NCBI GenBank assembly: GCA_965215565.1
Contig: CBDCDZ010000004.1
Span: forward strand, 2,400,001 to 2,464,000
Direction: 5' to 3'
Source of the DNA: Trueperaceae bacterium
Lineage (GTDB): Bacteria; Deinococcota; Deinococci; Deinococcales; Trueperaceae
DNA length: 64,000 nt
This document shows positions 10,077 to 19,726 of this stretch, piece by piece. Position numbers and translations under genes: made by a program. The notes beneath the pieces are model-generated. The model did no database searches. It saw nothing but the letters and a program-made list of their open reading frames with translations, and was not told the DNA's origin. How positions within the stretch are numbered: the stretch's first letter is position 1; each line of letters starts with the position of its first letter.

Positions 10077-10525
10077 GTCGTCGCTTGCGGGTTGAGCGCT
10101 TTCTCGGTGGGAGTATCACCAGCTTTGAGCGTTTCAACAAGCGTTTTGCAGCTCATTCTTAAAGCGTCACGAACATCACGCCAGCGGTCCAAAGATTCGC
10201 CTGAAGGGTCAGGAAATGAGACGTGCAAGCGGGTCGTGCGAGCAGGATAAGCGGGACACGCTTCGTTTGCGCTGTCGCAAACAGTGAGGACCACGGCGAA
10301 GTTCCACATGTCGGGTAGGTCTGCGAGGGTTTTAGAGGTATGAGCGCTCAAATCGACGCCCACCTCTTGCATGACCGTTACCGCGTCCGGTTTCACGGCG
10401 GTCTTTTCAGTACCAGCCGAAAAAACCTCAGCGTCTAAGCCAAATGTTTCAGCGTAGTGTCTGAGCCAACCTTCCGCCATCTGACTACGGGCGGAATTAT
10501 GTGAACACAAAACGAGTAGGCGCAC
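10073..10525 (-). CDS. arsC: Arsenate reductase, LMW-PTPase family
   Basis: LCSHNSARSQMAEG P-loop, VCDSANEACP resolving Cys pair, FPDP. Confidence 0.9.
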   Translation of the reverse strand: MRLLVLCSHNSARSQMAEGWLRHYAETFGLDAEVFSAGTEKTAVKPDAVTVMQEVGVDLSAHTSKTLADLPDMWNFAVVLTVCDSANEACPAYPARTTRLHVSFPDPSGESLDRWRDVRDALRMSCKTLVETLKAGDTPTEKALNPQATT

Positions 10526-10837
10526 TTAGGAACACGTCTTTTCTGGCACGCCTTCAAACCTCTCGAGCACATCTTTAACCCCTCTAAAAGCACCAGGAAC
10601 CAGTTCATAAAAGACCCAACGTCCGCGCCGCTCTCCGGTAACGAAACCCGCCCGCTCGAGCTGCTTCATGTGATGACTAATCGTCGGTTGTTTGAGCCCT
10701 AAAAAGGTTTCCAGATCGCAACCGCACACGCCCTCTTCGCGGGAGCAACAACTTTGAACAGGAGCGTGTAAAAACTCGAGAATGCTGAGGCGCGTGGGGT
10801 CCGCGAGCACCTTGAACTTATCGGATAAGTGACTCAT
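10526..10837 (-). CDS. arsR: ArsR/SmtB family repressor
   Basis: KVLADPTRL, CC...CGCDL and QPTISHH; ATG at 10837 preferred. Confidence 0.88.
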   Translation of the reverse strand: MSHLSDKFKVLADPTRLSILEFLHAPVQSCCSREEGVCGCDLETFLGLKQPTISHHMKQLERAGFVTGERRGRWVFYELVPGAFRGVKDVLERFEGVPEKTCS

Positions 10838-10869
10838 AGATAAAAGCCTATCAATAGATGGCGGTCTAT
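10836..10869. promoter_or_regulatory. Candidate ArsR operator
   Basis: Two tandem ATAGA-N6-YCTAT inverted repeats at the arsR start. Confidence 0.55.
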
Positions 10870-11040
10870 ATGTCAAGACAGTGTCAGGTCGATAGGCAAT
10901 CTCTGAATATTTGGTTACATCCGGGCAAGCATTCTCTGCCAACAACCTGTGCGCCTTACTGAGCCTCGAGCCTTGACCCCTTCCCCTCCACAGCGTAGAG
11001 TGTCCTACTTGACAAACTAAGAGGTTAAGAGGAGGGCATC

Positions 11041-12501
11041 ATGCAAGGTCTAGGTTTAGGCAGGCGTATCGCACTCGTAGCAGGACCGCTGCTCTGCGTC
11101 ATCCCTTTTATATTCTCCGCCCCGGCGGGCTTGTCCGACCCTGCTTGGCGCTTGGTAGGGCTGACGCTTTGGATGGCGACGTGGTGGCTGAGCGAGGTCA
11201 TCCCGCTCGCCGCCACCGCCCTCATCCCGATTCCGATGATGCCGCTTTTGGGCATCGCTGAAGAGGACCCCATCGCCGCGAGCTACGCCGACCCTCTTAT
11301 CTTCCTCTTTCTAGGCGGCTTTCTCATCGCCGCCGCCATGCAGCGCTGGGGACTGCACCGCCGCATCGCCCTCAATATCGTGCGCGTCGTCGGGACGAGT
11401 CCGGGCGGCATCATCGGTGGGTTCATGATCGCTACCGCGTTTTTATCCATGTGGATTTCGAATACAGCGACGTCAGTCATGATGTTCGCCGTCGGTATCT
11501 CTCTAATCGACTACATCGAAGACCACAGCGACGACGCGGCGAAGGTGCGTAATTTCGGCGTGGCGCTCATGTTGGGAATTGCGTATAGCGCCTCAATTGG
11601 TGGGGTTGCGACGCTCATCGGCACGCCGCCGAACGGCCTCATGGCGAGCTTTCTCTCCGACACCTACCAAACGGACATCAACTTCAGCACTTGGATGCTC
11701 ATCGGCGTGCCGATTATGCTCGTCATGCTGCCTATCGTGTGGGTGTGGTTGACCCGCTTAGCGTTTCCGATTAGCGGGATGCAACTTAGCGGGGCGAGCG
11801 ACGTGATTCAAAATGAGGTGGACGAACTCGGCGCGATGAGCCGAGGCGAAAAGATTGTCCTTATCATCTTTGTACTTACCGCCTTGTGCTGGATTGCTGG
11901 TGACTTCATCACGGGAGTTTTAGGGTTGAGCATTTCCGATACAGGCGTCGCTATCGCAGCGTCGGTGGCGCTTTTCGCCATACCCGTGTCGCTCAAGGAC
12001 CGGGAGTTCGCCCTCGACTGGGAGTCGGCGGTGGACATTCCTTGGGGCGTGCTGCTCCTCTTCGGCGGCGGCTTGGCTTTAGCAAGTGCGTTTGGCAGTA
12101 CGGGCTTGGCGGAGTCCATCGGCAACGGCGTCAGCGGGCTGCAAAACGTCAATATTTGGCTCATCGTTCTAGTGGTGAGCGTCGTGATTATCTTCTTGAC
12201 CGAACTCACCTCCAACACGGCGACGGCGGCGACCTTCTTGCCCATCATGGGCGCGGCGGCAGTTGGGCTGGGGCAGAGCCCCTTGCTGCTCGTCGTACCG
12301 GTTGCGGTGTCCGCGTCGATGGCGTTCATGATGCCCGTCGCCACGCCGCCCAACGCGATTGTCTTTGCTTATGAGGGCTTGCGCATTCAAGATATGGTGA
12401 AAGCGGGCGCAATTTTGAACGTATTGACCATCGGCATCGTATTTTTGGCAATGTATTTCTTAGTGCCTCTGGTGCTGGATGTGTCGGTGGGAGTGGGTTA
12501 A
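11041..12501 (+). CDS. DASS/SLC13 family sodium:dicarboxylate/sulfate symporter
   Basis: SMWISNTAT, GTPPN, ELTSNTA and PVATPPNA motifs. Confidence 0.93.
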   Translation: MQGLGLGRRIALVAGPLLCVIPFIFSAPAGLSDPAWRLVGLTLWMATWWLSEVIPLAATALIPIPMMPLLGIAEEDPIAASYADPLIFLFLGGFLIAAAMQRWGLHRRIALNIVRVVGTSPGGIIGGFMIATAFLSMWISNTATSVMMFAVGISLIDYIEDHSDDAAKVRNFGVALMLGIAYSASIGGVATLIGTPPNGLMASFLSDTYQTDINFSTWMLIGVPIMLVMLPIVWVWLTRLAFPISGMQLSGASDVIQNEVDELGAMSRGEKIVLIIFVLTALCWIAGDFITGVLGLSISDTGVAIAASVALFAIPVSLKDREFALDWESAVDIPWGVLLLFGGGLALASAFGSTGLAESIGNGVSGLQNVNIWLIVLVVSVVIIFLTELTSNTATAATFLPIMGAAAVGLGQSPLLLVVPVAVSASMAFMMPVATPPNAIVFAYEGLRIQDMVKAGAILNVLTIGIVFLAMYFLVPLVLDVSVGVG

Positions 12502-12520
12502 GAATAAGCAATGAGTTCCG

Positions 12521-12616
12521 AGCAATCCAGTCGAGCTGGACGGTACAGTGAGCAATGAGTGAAAATCTTCAGACTCATTGCTCGTTGCTTTTAACTTTTC
12601 TCAGTGCCTATTGCTC
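12521..12616. repeat. GAGCAATGAG hairpin repeat, copy 1
   Basis: gagcaatgagtgaaaatcttcagactcattgctc (12550-12583) is near-identical to 29266-29299; agcaatccagtcRagctgg is also shared. Confidence 0.7.
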
Positions 12617-12628
12617 CCGGCTGAGGGC

Positions 12629-13651
12629 TCAGCCCAACGTCCGCGCTCCATAATCCCGAATCATTCGATAAGGATACAGCTCTGGCAGAGCGCTCACCTC
12701 ATCTAACTTTGAGCGTTCCTCGTCGCTTAAAGTTAAATCAGCCGCGCCTAAATTGTCTTCTAACTGCGCCATCGTCCGCACGCCCAAAATGACGCTCGAG
12801 ACCTCTTCTCTTCCCCGTAACCAAGCCAGCGCCACCTGCGGCACGCTCGCGCCGTGCGCTTGGGCGACCTCTTCCACGACCTCTAAAATGCGCCAGTTCT
12901 GCTCCGTGTTGCGCCGCTCCCACGACTCCTCGTTGGCGTCGCCCGTCGTTGCGATGCGCCCTTCCTGAGGGTCCTCGGGTTTTTCGTCTCGCTTGTATTT
13001 GCCCGATAAAAAGCCGCCACCGAGCGGTCCCCAAGGTGTGAGTCCGACCCCCTCGGAGAGCGCTAGGTCGCTAAACTCGTGCTCGATGTCGCGCTTGACC
13101 AAGCTGTACTGATACTGCCCCGCCACGAAGCGGCTCCAGCCGTGCGCGTCGCTTACACTCAGCGCCTTCATCAGTTGCCACGCCTTGAAGTTCGACACGC
13201 CGATGTAGCGCACGTGCTCGTGTTGGATGAGGGTGTCTAAAGCGCGTAGGGTTTCCTCGAGCGGCGTAAAGGGGTCCCAGCAGTGAACGTACAAGAGGTC
13301 GATTCGGTCCGTATTTAGACGCTTTAAGCTCTCTTTTACGCCGTTCAAAATGTGATGGCGCGACAAACCTACGTCGTTTCTGCCCTCACCTGTTGGAAAA
13401 CGTACTTTCGTCGCTAGGATGACCTCATCGCGCCGGTCTTTAATCACTTCGCCGACGATCTCTTCGGAGCGTCCGCCTACGTACACGTCCGCTGTGTCGA
13501 TGAAGTTGCCGCCCGCATCTAGAAAACGGTGGATGATGTTGGTTGCGTCCTCTTTGGACGTACCTCTCGGACCCTCTTCGCCGAAAATCATCGTGCCGAG
13601 CGAGAGGTCCGAGACGATGAGTCCGCTGTTGCCGAGTCGTTTGTAGTTCAT
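12629..13651 (-). CDS. Aldo/keto reductase
   Basis: LSLGTM, IDTADVY, ILATK, IDLLYVH, IGVSNF; SD aaggagg before ATG 13651. Confidence 0.95.
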   Translation of the reverse strand: MNYKRLGNSGLIVSDLSLGTMIFGEEGPRGTSKEDATNIIHRFLDAGGNFIDTADVYVGGRSEEIVGEVIKDRRDEVILATKVRFPTGEGRNDVGLSRHHILNGVKESLKRLNTDRIDLLYVHCWDPFTPLEETLRALDTLIQHEHVRYIGVSNFKAWQLMKALSVSDAHGWSRFVAGQYQYSLVKRDIEHEFSDLALSEGVGLTPWGPLGGGFLSGKYKRDEKPEDPQEGRIATTGDANEESWERRNTEQNWRILEVVEEVAQAHGASVPQVALAWLRGREEVSSVILGVRTMAQLEDNLGAADLTLSDEERSKLDEVSALPELYPYRMIRDYGARTLG

Positions 13652-13740
13652 GTTTGCCTCCTTAAAAACGCTCAACAGCATAGTCGCGTGAAGTTGACAA
13701 CGTATGTAAGATAGGCGCATACTTGCGATGAAGGGTTTTT

Positions 13741-13865
13741 CAGCGGTCACTGCGCTTGTATCACGCAGATATCATCTCTAAACGTGCGCGTTGCATGGTG
13801 TTAATTTTAGTGAGAGCGTTGATGACCAGCTCCGAACGTAGTGAGACAGACTTTGATACCTGCTA
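13741..13865 (-). repeat. TAGCAG-family MITE-like repeat, copy C
   Basis: tgtatcacgcagatatcatctc...gatacctgcta. Confidence 0.7.
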
Positions 13866-14161
13866 TTAGCCTTGAAAGGGGGTGACGCTATGCTCACAAG
13901 GACCTTGACAGAGAATCTATATACGCGGGCGTGGCGCGTCCTCTCGTTGAATTTTTGAAGTAGCGCCACACCTCAACTTAAAATTAGGCGTCTTGTGAAA
14001 TCTGCCGTATGTGCGGTCTTGAAATGGGGTCATGATGAAGCGACCTGTGACTCGAGTCCAAGCTACAAAACGTCTTTACAGCTTTAGCCTCTCAAGAGGT
14101 TAAAACAACTCGCGAGCATCATCTTTATCAAGCACGCACGAAGTAGCGGCTTACTGACCGA

Positions 14162-15088
14162 TTGCGTTCCTACCTAGATGATACCTCGCTCTGGAGGAAT
14201 TACTTGTACGATTACGATGATTTTGAAGACATGGAAGAATCCTTTGCCAAGCGCAAAGACCGCCGCAAACCCAAAGGGCGGCGCTCGGTCAAGGAACTCG
14301 AGCAAACCAAGGAGAAGAACGAACCCCGCTTCGAAGAACCCGGCTTACAGCATGTCTTCGAACTCGGCGCAATGAACGAACTCATCGGTGAGCTTAAAAG
14401 TGGCAAAGAGGCGACGGTCTACCTTGCCAAAGGTCCGCAAGGTCTTCTAGCCGCTAAGCTCTACAGCGATATGGCGGTGCGCTCGTTCAAAAATGACCAG
14501 GTGTACCGCGACGGTCGCTTTATCGGCGACGCGAAGATAGAAAAGGCGATTGCACAGCGTTCGCGCACGGGGCTCAACGTGCAGCAAGCGCTCTGGATTT
14601 TGCACGAATACATTCAGCTTTGGGAACTTCATGAAGCGGGCATCCCAGTGCCGAAACCCGCCGTGGGTCCGGGTCTAAACGAATGCGCGAAAGCCGGGCG
14701 CGTCGTTTTGATGGAGTTCATCGGTGACGAAGCGGGCGTCGCTGCGCCGCGTCTCGCGGACGTGAGGCTCGAGCCAGAAGAAGCTGAAGACGCCTTTCAG
14801 CAGAGCCTAGACATCATGGTGAGCTTGCTTAAACTCGGCAAGGTGCATGGCGACTACTCCGCGTACAACCTCTTGTGGTGGGAAGAACGTGTCATCGTCA
14901 TCGACGTGCCGCAGATGGTGAATGTCAAGGAGAACAAGCACGCGCCAGAGTTGCTAGAACAAGATGTGGAGTCGCTCTGTCAGTCGTTTAGGCGCATGGT
15001 AGACGCGGACCCGCAGATAGTTTTGCACAAAGTGAGGCAGCGAGCGGGACTGAACCCGGCGCTGAATCCGCTCGGTCAGGGTGGATAA
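14162..15088 (+). CDS. RIO1-family atypical protein kinase/ATPase
   Basis: SGKEATVY, VLMEFIG, HGDYSAYNLL and VIDVPQ motifs; start uncertain. Confidence 0.9.
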   Translation: MRSYLDDTSLWRNYLYDYDDFEDMEESFAKRKDRRKPKGRRSVKELEQTKEKNEPRFEEPGLQHVFELGAMNELIGELKSGKEATVYLAKGPQGLLAAKLYSDMAVRSFKNDQVYRDGRFIGDAKIEKAIAQRSRTGLNVQQALWILHEYIQLWELHEAGIPVPKPAVGPGLNECAKAGRVVLMEFIGDEAGVAAPRLADVRLEPEEAEDAFQQSLDIMVSLLKLGKVHGDYSAYNLLWWEERVIVIDVPQMVNVKENKHAPELLEQDVESLCQSFRRMVDADPQIVLHKVRQRAGLNPALNPLGQGG

Positions 15089-15172
15089 GGTGGAGGCCTG
15101 AGCCCTTCCTCACATTCGAGAGGTCTTTCCACCTCTTCTAGATTTTTGCGAAAGAGGTCTCAACCTCTTCAG

Positions 15173-15188
15173 CGTGAGCTAACTCACT
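15173..15188. promoter_or_regulatory. CRP-family-like box upstream of the stress cluster
   Basis: CGTGA-gctaac-TCACT, 8/10 match to TGTGA-N6-TCACA. Confidence 0.4.
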
Positions 15189-15314
15189 TTCGTGAAAAAA
15201 TTACGTCAATACTTAGGAAGTTTGTTCTCAAAGCGCTAATTACGCCCTGTTTAGAGGATTATGGTGAAGTGTGTAAATAGATTTCACTTTTCATTTCTCA
15301 ATTGAGGGGGAAGT

Positions 15315-15875
15315 ATGGGACAGTTAGATAACAAACGCATCGCCGCGCTCGTCACCGACGGCTTCGAGCAAGTTGAACTCACCGAGCCGATGAAAGCGCT
15401 GCAAGACGCGGGCGCACAGGTAGATATCGTCTCGCCGAAAGACGGCAAGGTCACGGGCTGGGCGTCCACCGATTGGGGCGATGAGTTCAGCGTGGACATC
15501 AAGCTCGAGAACGCCGAAGTGGGCGACTACGACGGGCTTCTCTTGCCAGGCGGACAGATCAACCCCGACAAGCTCCGCACCGAAGAGAAAGCGGTCTCGT
15601 TCGTGAGAGACTTTTTCGAAGCGCATAAGCCCGTCGCTGCGATTTGTCACGGACCTTGGCTCTTAGTCGAGGCGGATGTGGTCAAGGACCGCAAAGTGAC
15701 CTCTTACCCGAGCATCAAGACCGACCTCAAAAATGCAGGCGCGAACTGGGTGGATCAAGAGGTAGTCACCGATCAAGGGCTCGTCACCAGCCGTAACCCG
15801 GACGACCTGCCCGCGTTTAACGCTAAGATGATCGAGGAGTTTGCTGAAGGCAAGCACGCAGAACAGACAGTTTAG
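15315..15875 (+). CDS. PfpI/DJ-1 family protein (type 1 glutamine amidotransferase-like)
   Basis: GFEQVEL, LLPGG, AAICHGPW and TSRNPDDLPAF motifs. Confidence 0.95.
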   Translation: MGQLDNKRIAALVTDGFEQVELTEPMKALQDAGAQVDIVSPKDGKVTGWASTDWGDEFSVDIKLENAEVGDYDGLLLPGGQINPDKLRTEEKAVSFVRDFFEAHKPVAAICHGPWLLVEADVVKDRKVTSYPSIKTDLKNAGANWVDQEVVTDQGLVTSRNPDDLPAFNAKMIEEFAEGKHAEQTV

Positions 15876-15940
15876 GAAAACGGTCTGAGCGAACCGCTCA
15901 AGTCAACTCCGTAGCGATTCATATCTTTGGGAGGAATCAC

Positions 15941-16384
15941 ATGGCAGTAAACAACGACAAAGCAGTTGAGTCCCTGAATTACCTCATCGGTACCTTACAC
16001 GATGGTGAAACGGGCTACCGCGAGGCTGCTGACGAGATAGAAACCGCGCAGTTCAAAACTGTTTTTAACCGCATTGCGCAGGAGCGGGCGAGCTTCCGCG
16101 CAGAACTGGAACAAGAGGTGCGCCGTCACGGAGGCGAGCCGCAAGAGGGCGGCAGCACCGCAGCCTCACTTCACCGCACCTGGATCAACGTGCGCGACAC
16201 CATCACGGGCAAGAGCGACGAGGACGTTTTAGCCGAGGTCGAGCGCGGCGACGAGACCGCTATCGAAAACTACAACGACGTTTTGCAGCGCGACCTGCCC
16301 GGCGACCTTGCACCGACCGTTCGGCAGCAGCACGACAAGATTCAACAAACGTTGCAAGAGGTCCGCACGCTCAAAAAGGTTTAA
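15941..16384 (+). CDS. PA2169/DUF2383 family four-helix-bundle (ferritin-like) protein
   Basis: DGETGYREAAD, LHRTW and EVERGDETA motifs. Confidence 0.85.
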   Translation: MAVNNDKAVESLNYLIGTLHDGETGYREAADEIETAQFKTVFNRIAQERASFRAELEQEVRRHGGEPQEGGSTAASLHRTWINVRDTITGKSDEDVLAEVERGDETAIENYNDVLQRDLPGDLAPTVRQQHDKIQQTLQEVRTLKKV

Positions 16385-16399
16385 GGATATCCGAACGTG

Positions 16400-16428
16400 A
16401 AAGCACGCCTTTAGCGCGTGCTTTTTTT
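16400..16428 (+). terminator. Intrinsic terminator
   Basis: aaagcacgc-ctttagc-gcgtgcttttttt. Confidence 0.7.
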
Positions 16429-16450
16429 AGCGCTACTTTGTAGGGGGTAG

Positions 16451-16876
16451 ATGATGGCGACGGTTTTAGGACTTTACGACGATTTGGACGGACTTTACAA
16501 GGCGATTGACGTTTTGGAGAAAGAAGGCTTGGGCGACGACATCAGCCACGTGTTTGAAGGTAGTGAGGGTGAGGGCGCGTCCGATGCGGGCGGCAACGCC
16601 GACCAAGAGGTCAGCAATGAGGGGCTTTTGGGCACGACCCAAACGATCGGTGCGGGCGGCGTGGCGAATCAAGGTGGGAGCACGCACCCGATGACGGTTG
16701 ACCTGCAGGGGACGCTTACGCGTTTAGACGGCTTAGGTGAGGAGGGCGACTTCTTCCGCAACAGCGTGCAGCACGGCGGCAAGCTCGTCATGTTGGACAC
16801 CGACGACACGAGCAGAGTCGTCGAAGTGCTCGAGGAGACGGGCGCAGAACGCATTCACGACCCGCGTGACACCTAG
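16451..16876 (+). CDS. Hypothetical acidic protein, general-stress-protein-like
   Basis: N-terminal TVLGLYDD and C-terminal GGKLVML...EVLEETGAE pattern; located in the stress cluster. Confidence 0.6.
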   Translation: MMATVLGLYDDLDGLYKAIDVLEKEGLGDDISHVFEGSEGEGASDAGGNADQEVSNEGLLGTTQTIGAGGVANQGGSTHPMTVDLQGTLTRLDGLGEEGDFFRNSVQHGGKLVMLDTDDTSRVVEVLEETGAERIHDPRDT

Positions 16877-16890
16877 TTTGCGGCTCGGAC

Positions 16891-17979
16891 ATGATCACAC
16901 CTAAAAACGCGCTCTTACTCGAGGGCGATCCTGAAGTCTCAGCCAAGCTCGCTAGACTTCACTACGTCCACGACGACGAACCGGGCATCAGGCGCAAGCC
17001 GTGGGGCAAGGGTTTTACCTACCTTAAGCCGGACGGGTCTAGGCTTACGGATAAGGAGGAGAAAGCGCGCATCAAGTCGCTCGCGGTTCCGCCTGCCTAC
17101 ACAGACGTGTGGATTTGCACCTCCCCCCGAGGACACATTCTCGCCACCGGGCGCGACGATAGAGGGCGCAAGCAGTACATCTATCATCCTGAGTGGCGCA
17201 AGGTGCGCGATGAAACCAAGTACAACCGCATGGTGGCGTTTGGCGAAATTCTGCCCAAACTGCGCCACCGGATCGACGAGGACATGGCGCAGCCGGGCTT
17301 AGGGCGCGACAAGGTGCTAGCGACGGTGGTCAAGCTTTTAGAAACCACTTTGATTCGCGTGGGCAACGCCCAGTACGCGCAGGAAAACGAGTCATACGGG
17401 CTCACCACCATCCGCAAAAAGCACGTGGAGGTAGACGACGACACCGTCACCTTTGAGTTTGTGGGCAAGGGCGGTAAGGACTGGCATATCGAGTTGGAAG
17501 ACGAGCGCATCGCTGAAATCGTCAGTGCGTGCGAGGATGTGCCGGGTTACGAGCTGTTCAAATACTTTGACGAAGACGGCGAACGTGTGGACGTCGAGTC
17601 GGCGCACGTCAACGAGTATTTGCAGCGCATCTCCGGGCAGGAGATCACCGCAAAGGATTTTCGCACCTGGGCGGGTACGGTTTTAGCGGCGTTAGCACTG
17701 GAGGAATTCGAGGCGTTCGACTCCGAAACACAAGCCAAGAAGAACGTTGTAAGGGCCATCGAGCGCGTCGCGCAACACCTCGGCAACACGCCGAGCATTG
17801 CGCGGCAGTCGTACGTGCATCCGCAAATCATCGACGCTTACTTGGAAGGGTCGCTGCGCGAGTCTCTCAGGAAACGCGCGGAGAAGAAGCTCAAGAAGCT
17901 GCGCGGGCTCGAGCCCGAAGAGGCGGCTGTACTGGCGTTCTTGAAAAGTCGGTTAGAAGAGGCGAAGCCAGCCCGGTAA
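16891..17979 (+). CDS. DNA topoisomerase IB (bacterial, poxvirus-like)
   Basis: GRDDRGRKQYIY, IRVGN, GKGGK, KDFRTW, LGNTP and SYVHP (catalytic Tyr). Confidence 0.95.
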   Translation: MITPKNALLLEGDPEVSAKLARLHYVHDDEPGIRRKPWGKGFTYLKPDGSRLTDKEEKARIKSLAVPPAYTDVWICTSPRGHILATGRDDRGRKQYIYHPEWRKVRDETKYNRMVAFGEILPKLRHRIDEDMAQPGLGRDKVLATVVKLLETTLIRVGNAQYAQENESYGLTTIRKKHVEVDDDTVTFEFVGKGGKDWHIELEDERIAEIVSACEDVPGYELFKYFDEDGERVDVESAHVNEYLQRISGQEITAKDFRTWAGTVLAALALEEFEAFDSETQAKKNVVRAIERVAQHLGNTPSIARQSYVHPQIIDAYLEGSLRESLRKRAEKKLKKLRGLEPEEAAVLAFLKSRLEEAKPAR

Positions 17980-18000
17980 TGTAACCGGGTACTCCAACGC

Positions 18001-18029
18001 GCAGGGACGGGTTTAGAACCCGCCCCCAC
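18001..18029. repeat. REP-like palindrome
   Basis: gcagggacgggtttagaacccgcccccac; related to 52828-52850. Confidence 0.45.
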
Positions 18030-18091
18030 ACACTTGTATTCATCTAAACGCAGCACCAAACTGTAGGAGGATTTCATCCCCCTACAGTGCT

Positions 18092-18475
18092 TTACTGCTC
18101 TGCGCCCTCAGGTAAAAAAGCGGCGGAGTCGTAGTAGGTCCGAAAGCGCACGACTTCGCCCCCTTCGGTATCAAAGGAGCTGACGCCTTGATAGTCGATG
18201 TCGTGGCCGTTCGCGAGTTTGCCCTTAGACTCCCACTCGAGCACCACCGTCTCGTCATCCTCCGTGACTTTGAAAAACTCAGTGCTGATGGTATCAAAAG
18301 GCTCTAAGTACTCCTGCCAGAACCGCGTCGCCTCCTCTTTGCCTTCGTACGTTTTATGCGTCAGCCGCGTCAGCTCTGCCCCGTCGCTGAACAACTCGAC
18401 GAGGGCGTCCACCTGGTTTTCCTTTTCGGTGGTCTGCAGCGCGTTCATGAACTTCTCCGCAATTTCGCTTGCCAT
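18092..18475 (-). CDS. NTF2/SnoaL-like protein
   Basis: 127 aa; LVELFSDGA, VVLEW and FRTYYDS. Confidence 0.8.
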   Translation of the reverse strand: MASEIAEKFMNALQTTEKENQVDALVELFSDGAELTRLTHKTYEGKEEATRFWQEYLEPFDTISTEFFKVTEDDETVVLEWESKGKLANGHDIDYQGVSSFDTEGGEVVRFRTYYDSAAFLPEGAEQ

Positions 18476-18693
18476 TGCTACCTCCTGGTGAAATCCAGCT
18501 TACCGATTTACGCTCCAAACAATAGCGTTCGGGCGCAAAATGTGTAGGGTTGCGTCTCGAAGCTCGAGCTTCGAGACAGAAATATCGGTTGCGGCAATTT
18601 ATAGAGGGCGATCAGGCATCAGAATTCAGCTTGAAGATGATGCTAAATTCTGACTACCCAAAACCCCGCCGCCTTTATTCCACCTGCGCTCAA

Positions 18694-19470
18694 CTACCCC
18701 TGCAGCAGCGACTGCGCCCCGTCGATCCACACCTCGGTCCCGGTGATGTGGCTCGACGCCTCCGACGCTAAAAACGCCACGAGTTGCGCGACTTGCTCCG
18801 AAGAACCAGGCTCGCCGTCCGTGAGAGGGATTTTGCCCGCCGGGTACTTCACGGGTTCGCCCGCTTGGTCTAGGTCCTCGCGTTCCGTATTCTGGTCAAT
18901 CTGTGTGTCGATCATGCCGGGGCAGATCACGTTGACGCGGATGCGGTCTTTGGCAAGCTCGAGAGCGAGCATCTTGGTCATGGCAACCTGCGCGGCTTTG
19001 GTACTTGAGTAGGCTGTTGCGCCGCTATTAACGAAGTTGCGCGTGCCGTTGACCGAAGAGGTCACGATGACCGAGCCGCCGCGCGCTCTAAGGTGCGGCA
19101 CGGCATATTTAAGGGTGAAAAAGGTTCCGTTCAGGTTGATGTCTACCGTTTTGCGGAACTCGTCTGGCTCGAGTTCGTCAATCGGAGCCCACGTGCCGTT
19201 GACGCCCGCGTTCGCGAAGACGATGTCCAGACGTCCATACCTCTCCATAATCTGTGCGTAGGCGTTTTTTAAGTCATCGACTTCGGAAATATCTGCCGTG
19301 ACAGCTAGCGCTTCACCGCCTTCACTCTCGATCTCTTCAACGACCGCGTCTAGGTCCTCTTTCGTCCGTCCTGAAATGACGACTCTAGCACCTCTTTGTG
19401 CGAGCAACTTCGCGCTCGCCGCGCCGATGCCGGAGCCGCCGCCCGTGATAAAAGCAACTTTGTCCTTCAC
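18694..19470 (-). CDS. Short-chain dehydrogenase/reductase
   Basis: TGGGSGIG, ANAG, YSSTK and RVNVICPG motifs. Confidence 0.95.
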   Translation of the reverse strand: MKDKVAFITGGGSGIGAASAKLLAQRGARVVISGRTKEDLDAVVEEIESEGGEALAVTADISEVDDLKNAYAQIMERYGRLDIVFANAGVNGTWAPIDELEPDEFRKTVDINLNGTFFTLKYAVPHLRARGGSVIVTSSVNGTRNFVNSGATAYSSTKAAQVAMTKMLALELAKDRIRVNVICPGMIDTQIDQNTEREDLDQAGEPVKYPAGKIPLTDGEPGSSEQVAQLVAFLASEASSHITGTEVWIDGAQSLLQG

Positions 19471-19726
19471 AGTTTCCCCTCCTAAACGTATGCTAGGGAG
19501 GAGCGGCTCGGATAACTGAAGGGGAGCTTACAGGATGCAAGTAGCAGAAACCGAAGAGGTCATACTCGTACGCTGAATTTATGTATACTGCTAGCGGTTC
19601 CGTCGCTCGACGCGCTCCCACTTGGTAGGCTGCGCGTAGACTAGGTTGGCACAACATCATCCACTTTATTACCTCATAGCAGACTCGTCCGCCCCTGGTC
19701 TAGCGTCTCATCCTTGGAGGTTTTTG

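Noticed and set aside
13870..14160. Possible ncRNA upstream of the RIO1 kinase
   Set aside because: A TTGACA-like promoter element is present, but I could not recognise a conserved structure or Rfam-like motif.
16891..17979. TopIB as a phage integrase marking a mobile element
   Set aside because: The motifs are those of topoisomerase IB; there are no att sites or phage genes.
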